Both the position numbers and the translations under genes were made by a program. A stretch of 64,000 bases of DNA from an uncultured Lutibacter sp. (lineage in GTDB: Bacteria > Bacteroidota > Bacteroidia > Flavobacteriales > Flavobacteriaceae): contig NZ_CANLZZ010000003.1 of the NCBI RefSeq assembly GCF_947495725.1, forward strand, positions 240,341-304,340, given 5' to 3'. The notes beneath the pieces were generated by a model that was given only the letters and a program-made list of their open reading frames with translations, ran no database searches and had not been told where the DNA came from. Shown one piece after another: positions 56,720 through 64,000 of the stretch (its first letter is position 1; each line of letters starts with the position of its first letter).

Positions 56720-58627
56720 CTACTTAATTTGAAAAACAGCCATTCCTAATGGAGATAACTTAATATCAGCTGAATAACTTTTTCCATTCCAAGTTTTCTT
56801 TTTAATTGTAATTTGTCTTGAATTTACATTTCCACTTCCTCCAAATTTTTCAGCATCAGAATTAAAAATTTCTTTTAATTTTCCATTTACTGGTAATCCT
56901 ATTTTGTAACTATCAATTGTTCTTGGTGTAAAATTACATACAACTATTACATTTTCAGATGGTTTATTACCTTTTCTAATATAAGATATGACAGAGTTTT
57001 CGTGATCATCAAAACTAATCCATTCAAAACCTTCTGAACTAAAACCATTTTCAAAAAGAGCTGGTGTATTTCTATAAAATGCATTTAATTCTGAAAAGTA
57101 ATTTTTCATGTTTTTATGAGGTTCAAATTCCAACAAATTCCAATCTAAACTAGATTGAAAATCCCATTCATCATATTGACCAAATTCACTTCCCATAAAC
57201 AATAATTTTGTTCCTGGATGTGTAAACATATAACCATAAAGTAACCTTAAATTAGAAAATCGTTGCCATTCATCACCTGGCATACGTCCTAATATTGAAT
57301 TTTTACCATAAACTACTTCATCGTGAGACAATGGAAGCATAAAATTTTCAGTAAAAGCATAGGCTAAACTAAATGTAATTTCATTTTGATGGTATTTTCT
57401 ATATATGGAATCTTTTCCAAAAAATTCTAATGTATCATGCATCCAACCCATCATCCATTTCATTCCAAACCCTAGACCTCCCATTGATGTTGGTTTAGAA
57501 ACCATTGGAAATGCAGTTGATTCTTCTGCGATTGTTTGTACATCAGGAAAACTTCTATAAACTTCTTCATTCATTTGTTTTAAGAATGAAATAGCGGCTA
57601 AATTTTCTTTACCTCCAAACTCATTAGGTTCCCATTCTCCATCTTCTCTAGAATAATCTAAAAATAAAATGGAGGCCACTGCATCTACTCTTAACCCATC
57701 TGCATGATATTGATCTAGCCAAAATATTGCATTACTAATTAAAAATGAACGAACTTCATTTCTTTCATAGTTGAAAATTAAACTTTTCCAATCTGGATGA
57801 TAACCTTTTTTACGATCTGGATGTTCGTACAAATGAGATCCATCAAAAAACCCTAAACCGTGATCATCACTTGGAAAATGAGAGGGTACCCAATCTAAAA
57901 TTAAACCAATTCCATTCTGATGTAATTTATCAACCAATAATTTAAACTCATCTGGATAACCAAAACGTGATGTTGGTGCAAAATATCCAGTTAATTGATA
58001 TCCCCAAGAAGGATCATATGGATATTCCATTATTGGCATTAACTCTACATGGGTAAAATTCATTTCTTTAACATAAGCTACCAATTCATCCGCCAATTCA
58101 GTATATGATAAAAATCTATCTTCTTCCATTTGACGTTTCCATGACCCTAAATGAACTTCGTAAACGGAATAAGGAGCATCTAGAGAGTTATGCTCTTTTC
58201 TGGTTTTCATCCATTTTTTATCTTTCCATTTATAATCATCGCTCCAAACAACAGAAGCCGTTTTTGGTGGATGTTCATTTCTTCTTGCATAAGGATCGGC
58301 TTTTTCCGTAACAATTCCACTATTATTAGAATGAATTTTATACTTATATAAATTTCCCTTTCCAACATTAGGAATAAAACCTTCCCATATTCCGGATGAA
58401 TCCCAACGAACGTTTAATTTATGTTCGCCATCATTCCAATGATTAAAATCACCAATTACTGAAACTTGGTTTGCCGTAGGTGCCCAAACCGAAAAATAAG
58501 TTCCCTCAACACCATCTACTGTAGTAATATGTGCTCCAAATTTTTCATAAAGTCTGAAATGATTTCCACCTTTAAATAGAAAAATATCAAATTCGGTAAA
58601 AAGACTATAAGGTTTAACTTTTGTCAT
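56720..58627 (-). CDS. glgB: 1,4-alpha-glucan branching enzyme
   Basis: 635 aa with GH13 conserved regions (DWVPSHF, GLRVDAVASI, AEESTA, LSHDEV) and an N-terminal CBM48-like region. Confidence 0.94.
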   Translation of the reverse strand: MTKVKPYSLFTEFDIFLFKGGNHFRLYEKFGAHITTVDGVEGTYFSVWAPTANQVSVIGDFNHWNDGEHKLNVRWDSSGIWEGFIPNVGKGNLYKYKIHSNNSGIVTEKADPYARRNEHPPKTASVVWSDDYKWKDKKWMKTRKEHNSLDAPYSVYEVHLGSWKRQMEEDRFLSYTELADELVAYVKEMNFTHVELMPIMEYPYDPSWGYQLTGYFAPTSRFGYPDEFKLLVDKLHQNGIGLILDWVPSHFPSDDHGLGFFDGSHLYEHPDRKKGYHPDWKSLIFNYERNEVRSFLISNAIFWLDQYHADGLRVDAVASILFLDYSREDGEWEPNEFGGKENLAAISFLKQMNEEVYRSFPDVQTIAEESTAFPMVSKPTSMGGLGFGMKWMMGWMHDTLEFFGKDSIYRKYHQNEITFSLAYAFTENFMLPLSHDEVVYGKNSILGRMPGDEWQRFSNLRLLYGYMFTHPGTKLLFMGSEFGQYDEWDFQSSLDWNLLEFEPHKNMKNYFSELNAFYRNTPALFENGFSSEGFEWISFDDHENSVISYIRKGNKPSENVIVVCNFTPRTIDSYKIGLPVNGKLKEIFNSDAEKFGGSGNVNSRQITIKKKTWNGKSYSADIKLSPLGMAVFQIK

Positions 58628-58704
58628 ATAATTATTTATTTATAAGATTTGAATTCCTAACTCAAAGGAATATTGGCCCTTATTGGGCAAAATTTTAATT
58701 TTAA

Positions 58705-60645
58705 TTATTTATTAATTATAAAGATATGAAATGGCATTGCTGGATGCAATTCAATAAAATTATATTCATCATACCAATCGTATGTTGAATGCGTAATTAA
58801 ATCTGTTACTTTAATTTGATGACCTTGCCAAACACCTAATTCATATAAGGGAAGTTTAAGCCAACCTTGCTGCATATAATATTCGTCTAAACTAATAACA
58901 ATAAGCATTTCGCTTGTTTTATCATCATTCCATTTATAAAATGCAAGTAAATTATCATTATTAATGTCTACAAACTTTATATTGTTAGTTTGCTGCAAGG
59001 CTTCATGTTTATTTCTAATATTGTTAATTTGAGATATTAAATGAATTAGCTTATTCTCTTTAAACCAATTATAATTACAAATTTGGAATTTTTCAGAATT
59101 TAAATATTCTTCTTTACCTGGAATTGGTTCGCTTATCATTTGTTCAAAAACAGGTCCATATATTCCAATATTTGAACTCAATGTAGCTGCTAAAACATAT
59201 CTCTGTATATGCTTGGCTTCATTTGCTCCTTGCAAGTGAAATGGATTAATATCTGGAGTATTTGGCCAAAAATTTGGTCTCATAAACTCTTTTTGATCTG
59301 TTTTAGTTAAATCTTCAACATATTCAATAAGTTCATGTTTTGTATTTCTCCAAGTAAAATATGTATATGATTGTGTAAACCCTTGTTTTCCTAATTGATG
59401 CATAACTTTAGGCTTGGTAAAAGCTTCTGCTAAAAATAATACATCTGGATATTTCTTTTTAATATTGGTAATTATCCAGTTCCAAAAATAATATGGTTTG
59501 GTATGTGGATTATCAACTCTAAAAATATTTATTCCACATTCTATCCAATAATACAAATCTTCTAAGCATTGATTCCATAAAGCTTCATATTCTACTGTTT
59601 CAAAATATATTGGAAGTATATCTTGATATTTTTTTGGAGGATTTTCGGCATATTGTACTGTGCCGTCTGGTCTCCATTTAAACCATTTTGGATGTTCCGT
59701 AACCCATGGGTGATCTGGAGCTGCTTGTAAAGCATAGTCCATTGCAACTTCAATACCCATTTCTTTGGCTTTCCAAACTAGCGATTTAAAATCATCAATT
59801 GACCCTAATTGAGGGTGAATAGAAGTATGTCCTCCATCTTTAGATCCAATTCCCCAACAAGATCCAACATCACCTTCATAAGCAGTTGTTGTATTGTTTT
59901 TTCCTTTTCTATTTACTTCGCCAATTGGATGAATTGGAGGAAAATATAAAGTATCAAATCCCATTTGAGAAACACGAGGAAGTAATTTTTCACAATCCTT
60001 AAATGTTCCATGAACACCTTCTTTTAATGAAGAAGATCTTGGAAAAAACTCGTACCAAGTACTAAATCTTGCTTTTAAACGATCTACATAAATAGTTAAA
60101 ATTTTCGAATTGTTTGCTAATTTCTTCTCAGGATTTTTAAATAACAAATTATATAAATGCTCACTCTTAACTTCTTCAATAGCCTCGTTGTAACAATCTG
60201 TGTTTTTAAAAATATATTGCAATTTTAAGATGTACTGTTTTTCGGATTCTATTGATACAACATTTAATAAATTATCCAAATATTCAACACCTTCGAGAAG
60301 TTCTGATGCAACATGTTGATTATCATCAATTTTTCGAATAGTTCCATGCCTCCAATTTAAGGCATAATCAACCCAACCTTCAATTTTATACTCATAAACA
60401 CCTTGTTTTTCAACATAAAAGGATCCATTCCACTCATCATTTCCGGCGTCCACTAATCTAGATTCTCTCCATTTTTTTTCTCTTTCATGCTTATATAAAA
60501 TAGAAGCTGCTATAACATCATGCCCATCACCAAGTACAGTTGCACTTACTTCAACTACTTCTCCTACTACTCTTTTAATAGAAAATTCTCCGCTATTTAT
60601 TTGCGGAGAAATATTTTCTATTACAACTCTTTTTTGATTCATCAT
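58705..60645 (-). CDS. glgE: GlgE-like alpha-1,4-glucan:maltose-1-phosphate maltosyltransferase (GH13_3)
   Basis: 646 aa. From memory, long near-identical blocks match actinobacterial GlgE: WYEFFPRS, LPRVSQMGFDTLYFPPIHPIG..NRKGKNN, YAENPPKKYQDI, FRVDNPHTKP and GFTQSYTYFTWRNTK. Confidence 0.8.
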   Translation of the reverse strand: MMNQKRVVIENISPQINSGEFSIKRVVGEVVEVSATVLGDGHDVIAASILYKHEREKKWRESRLVDAGNDEWNGSFYVEKQGVYEYKIEGWVDYALNWRHGTIRKIDDNQHVASELLEGVEYLDNLLNVVSIESEKQYILKLQYIFKNTDCYNEAIEEVKSEHLYNLLFKNPEKKLANNSKILTIYVDRLKARFSTWYEFFPRSSSLKEGVHGTFKDCEKLLPRVSQMGFDTLYFPPIHPIGEVNRKGKNNTTTAYEGDVGSCWGIGSKDGGHTSIHPQLGSIDDFKSLVWKAKEMGIEVAMDYALQAAPDHPWVTEHPKWFKWRPDGTVQYAENPPKKYQDILPIYFETVEYEALWNQCLEDLYYWIECGINIFRVDNPHTKPYYFWNWIITNIKKKYPDVLFLAEAFTKPKVMHQLGKQGFTQSYTYFTWRNTKHELIEYVEDLTKTDQKEFMRPNFWPNTPDINPFHLQGANEAKHIQRYVLAATLSSNIGIYGPVFEQMISEPIPGKEEYLNSEKFQICNYNWFKENKLIHLISQINNIRNKHEALQQTNNIKFVDINNDNLLAFYKWNDDKTSEMLIVISLDEYYMQQGWLKLPLYELGVWQGHQIKVTDLITHSTYDWYDEYNFIELHPAMPFHIFIINK

Positions 60646-60659
60646 TTAATAAATATATA

Positions 60660-61925
60660 CTATTGGATGGTAAATCCATTTGGAATAATCGCTCCTTTTT
60701 TAATAACTACAATTCCTTCTTTTATGGCATAAGACTCATTTTCGTCATTTGCTAAATGTTTACCTCCATTAATTCTAACATCGTCTCCAATACAACAGTT
60801 TTTATCTAAAATTGCATTTTTTATAAAACAACGCTTACCTATTCCCATGGAAGCCACATTACTATCAAATATTTCTTCTATTGGTTGATAAAAATCACTA
60901 CCCATCATATAGGTATTTATTACAGTAGATTCTGTATCAATTTTAGATCTAATACCTATTACAGAGTTTTCAATTTTACTGGCATTAATAATACATCCTT
61001 CAGCAATAACCGTTTTATTTAAACTGGTTCCCGAAACTTTTGTTGTTGGCAGCATACGTGCTCTCGTATAAATACGTTTTTCTCTGCTATATAGATCAAA
61101 TTTAGGAAAATCATCAGCTAATCCTAAATTAGCTTCAAAAAAGGAATCTATGTTTCCAATATCAGTCCAGTACCCTTCATATTGATGACTTATAACCTTT
61201 TCTTTTCCAATGCTTTGAGGAATTATTTCTTTTCCAAAATCAATGGTAGTAGTATCTTCCATTAAATTTTCTAAAAGTTCTCTATTAAAAATATAAATTC
61301 CCATTGATGCCAAATAATTTCTTCCTTCTCCTTCCATTTCAGAGCTAACTTTAGAAGTCCAGTCAGGTAAAAGTTCTGCTGCAGGTTTTTCAATAAATGA
61401 TGTTATTTCATTTTTATTATTTGTTTTTAAAATACCAAATTCTGTAGCATCTTTGGCATTTACTGGAATTGTTGCAATTGATAAAGATGCTTTTGCTTTT
61501 TTATGAGCATTTAACATATCATTAAAATCCATTTGGTACAATTGATCACCAGATAATATTAACATATAATCATACTCCAATCTTTTACAATGGTGCATAC
61601 TTTGCCTTACAGCATCGGCTGTTCCCTGAAACCATCCTTTATTATTAGGAGTTTGTTCTGCAGCTAAAACATCAACAAAAGCTGAACTAAAAAAACTAAA
61701 ATGATAGGTATTTTTAATATGTCTGTTTAAGGAAGCTGAATTAAATTGTGTTAATACAAACATCCTTTTTATTCCTGAATTTATACAGTTTGAAATTGGG
61801 ATATCAACTAACCTATATTTTCCAGCAATTGGTACTGCCGGTTTTGAACGTGTTTCCGTTAAAGGATGCAATCTAGATCCTTGTCCTCCTCCTAAGATAA
61901 TTGCTAAAACTTTAGTTCCTTGCAT
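60660..61925 (-). CDS. glgC: Glucose-1-phosphate adenylyltransferase
   Basis: 421 aa with ILGGGQGSRLHPLTETRSKPAVPIAGKYRLVDI and a C-terminal left-handed beta-helix. Confidence 0.93.
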   Translation of the reverse strand: MQGTKVLAIILGGGQGSRLHPLTETRSKPAVPIAGKYRLVDIPISNCINSGIKRMFVLTQFNSASLNRHIKNTYHFSFFSSAFVDVLAAEQTPNNKGWFQGTADAVRQSMHHCKRLEYDYMLILSGDQLYQMDFNDMLNAHKKAKASLSIATIPVNAKDATEFGILKTNNKNEITSFIEKPAAELLPDWTSKVSSEMEGEGRNYLASMGIYIFNRELLENLMEDTTTIDFGKEIIPQSIGKEKVISHQYEGYWTDIGNIDSFFEANLGLADDFPKFDLYSREKRIYTRARMLPTTKVSGTSLNKTVIAEGCIINASKIENSVIGIRSKIDTESTVINTYMMGSDFYQPIEEIFDSNVASMGIGKRCFIKNAILDKNCCIGDDVRINGGKHLANDENESYAIKEGIVVIKKGAIIPNGFTIQ

Positions 61926-61986
61926 AATTTACAATTTTTAATATTTTAATATTTGGTTATATTATTTTATTGAATTTTTGTTGTGC

Positions 61987-63189
61987 TTAAATTAAAGATT
62001 TGTATAAATCTTTAGTTTGATTGGCTATTGCTACCCAATCAAAGTATTCTTCTACTCTTGCTCTTCCTTTTTGTCCCATTGAGTCTCTTAAATTTTTATT
62101 ATTTATTAATTTATTAACTCCATCGGCTAAATCTCTTGCAAATTTATCAGGGTTAATTGGCTCAAAAGGAGCTTCCGATTGTTGCTCCACATCAACTAAA
62201 ATACCTGTCTCACCATCTACTACAACTTCTTTTATTCCTCCAACAGCACTTGCAACAACTGCTGTATTACAAGCCATTGCTTCCACATTAATTATTCCAA
62301 AAGGTTCATAAATTGAAGGACAACAAAATACATCAGCATGAGAATATAATTGAATAACACTTTTCTTATCTAACATTTCATCAATCCAAATTACATTCTT
62401 TCTATTCTTTTTTACTTTATTAACACTGTCTTCCATTTCCTTGGCAATTTCAGGAGTGTCAGGAGCTCCAGCACATAATACCACTTGAGTATCAGGTTCA
62501 ATATATTTAATTGCATTGACCAAATGTATAATTCCTTTTTGTCGGGTAATTCTACCAACAAATAGTACAAACGGTTTTGTTTTGTCGATACCAAACTTTT
62601 CTAAAGTTGAAGTTTCATCGGTTACTACATACTCTTGAAGATTGATACCATTATAAATAACTTTAACTTTATTTTCATCAACATTAAAATTATTTAAAAC
62701 ATCTATTTTTGTTTCTTCTGAAACTGCAATAAGGGCATCAGCCATTTCAATAGCCGTTTTTTCAATCCAAGATGAAGCATCATATCCCAATCCTAATTGC
62801 TCTCTTTTCCAAGGACGTAAAGGTTCTAATGAATGTGTTGTTATTACCAAAGGAACGCCATAACAAAGTTTGGCAACAATTCCTGCAAAATGAGCATACC
62901 AAGTATGACAATGAACTATATCTGCATCGAGAACTTCAGCATTCATATGAAGACAAGTACTTAAACTATTAAATACGGCTTTTAATTTATTATCTGAATG
63001 TTCAAAAATTGGATTATCATAAGGAAAACCTTTTACTGTCATATTTCCTGAACTCGAATTTTGATCTCCAAAACACTTAATATCAATTTCCATTAATTTC
63101 TCCAATTCTGTCGCTAAATATTCAACAACAACTCCTGCACCACCATAAACATATGGAGGAAATTCTTTTGTATAAAACAATGCTTTCAT
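61987..63189 (-). CDS. glgA: GT4 glycogen-synthase-like glucosyltransferase, resembling actinobacterial GlgM (maltose-1-phosphate synthase)
   Basis: 400 aa with KEFPPYVYGGAGVVV, HSLEPLRPWKREQLGLGY, FVGRITRQKG, LCAGAPDTPEIA and YEPFGIINVEAMAC. This is the GT4 type, not the ~480-aa GT5 GlgA. Confidence 0.8.
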   Translation of the reverse strand: MKALFYTKEFPPYVYGGAGVVVEYLATELEKLMEIDIKCFGDQNSSSGNMTVKGFPYDNPIFEHSDNKLKAVFNSLSTCLHMNAEVLDADIVHCHTWYAHFAGIVAKLCYGVPLVITTHSLEPLRPWKREQLGLGYDASSWIEKTAIEMADALIAVSEETKIDVLNNFNVDENKVKVIYNGINLQEYVVTDETSTLEKFGIDKTKPFVLFVGRITRQKGIIHLVNAIKYIEPDTQVVLCAGAPDTPEIAKEMEDSVNKVKKNRKNVIWIDEMLDKKSVIQLYSHADVFCCPSIYEPFGIINVEAMACNTAVVASAVGGIKEVVVDGETGILVDVEQQSEAPFEPINPDKFARDLADGVNKLINNKNLRDSMGQKGRARVEEYFDWVAIANQTKDLYKSLI

Positions 63190-63529
63190 AAAACTACTTT
63201 CTATTGATTTTAATTTTTTCTCACTTAATTAATTATATAATCTTTCCAGCAACTCACAATTATTTTTGTAAATTTTAATCTATTAAAAATAAATATTTTT
63301 TGATTTTAAGAACGGAAAGAAACTTATTAAAATAACAAATGTTATTATAACTAAATTTAAAGTTTTCCTGTTTAAATTGTTCTTCATTTAACATTCAAAT
63401 TTATGATAAAAAGTTACGAAAAATTTATTTAAGACACTATTTATTTACGAAAACGTTGGAATGAAATTTGTTTTATCTTGTTAGTCAACAATTTACACGT
63501 TAAAAAATTAAAAAAACTTTAATTAATTA

Positions 63530-63568
63530 AAAAAAATAAAAAAAGGAATGTTGAAAAACACTCCTTTT
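63530..63568 (-). terminator. Rho-independent terminator after the aconitase gene
   Basis: On the minus strand, AAGGAGTG-TTTTTCAA-CATTCCTT (one G-U pair) is followed by TTTTTTTATTTTTTTT. Confidence 0.7.
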
Positions 63569-63603
63569 ATTTATAAAAATTAGGTTATTTATTCCTTTTT
63601 TAA

Positions 63604-64000
63604 TTATGAATTTTCTTTTTTAATAAGATTTAAAGCTGAACCTTCATTAAACCAATCTATTTGACTTTGGTTATAAGTATGATTTAATAGAATAGTATCT
63701 TTGGTCTTATCTTTATGCACAATTTCTAATGTTAATTGTTTTTCAGGTGCAAATTTATCTAAATCCACAAAGTTAAATGTATCATCTTCTTTAATTAAAT
63801 CGTAATCGGTTTCATTTGCAAATGTTAAACCTAACATCCCTTGTTTTTTCAGATTTGTTTCATGAATACGTGCAAAGGATTTCACAATAACCGCCGCAAC
63901 ACCTAAATGCCTCGGTTCCATTGCTGCATGCTCTCGAGATGAACCTTCCCCATAATTATGATCTCCAACAACAATTGATTTTACTCCCGCTGCTTTATAT
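63604..64000 (-). CDS. Aconitate hydratase (mitochondrial-type), C-terminal swivel domain; 5' end beyond the window
   Basis: The ORF track gives 63604..63921. My own translation continues open to the window end in the same frame: [33 protein letters not shown]..., the aconitase domain-4 signature. Confidence 0.9.
   Translation of the reverse strand, partial: YKAAGVKSIVVGDHNYGEGSSREHAAMEPRHLGVAAVIVKSFARIHETNLKKQGMLGLTFANETDYDLIKEDDTFNFVDLDKFAPEKQLTLEIVHKDKTKDTILLNHTYNQSQIDWFNEGSALNLIKKENS

Overview
This is a strongly AT-rich chromosomal window that looks like Flavobacteriia (Bacteroidota). The evidence is several TTG-N18-20-TAnnTTTG promoter matches, many lipoprotein signal peptides, and the gene content. 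All product calls come from reading the supplied translations and recalling family motifs; no searches were run.

The window is densely coding and mostly housekeeping:
- **Start of window:** Nramp transporter (partial), a cold-shock-domain protein, pepT and lysA.
- **Amino-acid and nitrogen genes:** thrA-thrB-thrC, followed directly by amt-glnK.
- **Central block:** pepP, gcvT, rmuC, peroxiredoxin, glyA, fumarylacetoacetase, ytxJ, clpB, hsp20, smpB, a UbiA prenyltransferase, maf, a transketolase C-terminal subunit and aroK.
- **RNA genes:** tRNA-Lys(UUU) and tRNA-Leu(GAG).
- **Efflux:** a CzcA-type RND pump operon.
- **End of window:** fabG, an alpha-glucan cluster (GT4 synthase, glgC, glgE-like, glgB, GH31) and the 3' end of a mitochondrial-type aconitase.

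Four things deserve a second look:
1. A gene-poor stretch (3.9-6.4 kb) holds three copies of a long hairpin repeat with a conserved loop core (ACTACCGTTGTGGGGACGACA). Two of them bracket a CAP/SCP-domain gene.
2. A Thr/Ile-rich leader peptide (MRNFTIATTTTITL) lies between a good Bacteroidetes-type promoter and thrA.
3. A 1442-aa RND pump is fused in frame to a TolC-like outer-membrane factor through a segment that looks like an internal signal peptide.
4. The glucan cluster matches the GlgC/GlgM/GlgE/GlgB maltose-1-phosphate route rather than the classical GlgA route.

I found no CRISPR array, transposase, integrase, recognisable defence system or riboswitch. I cannot point to a convincing new multi-gene system. 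The hairpin-repeat family is the least explained signal.
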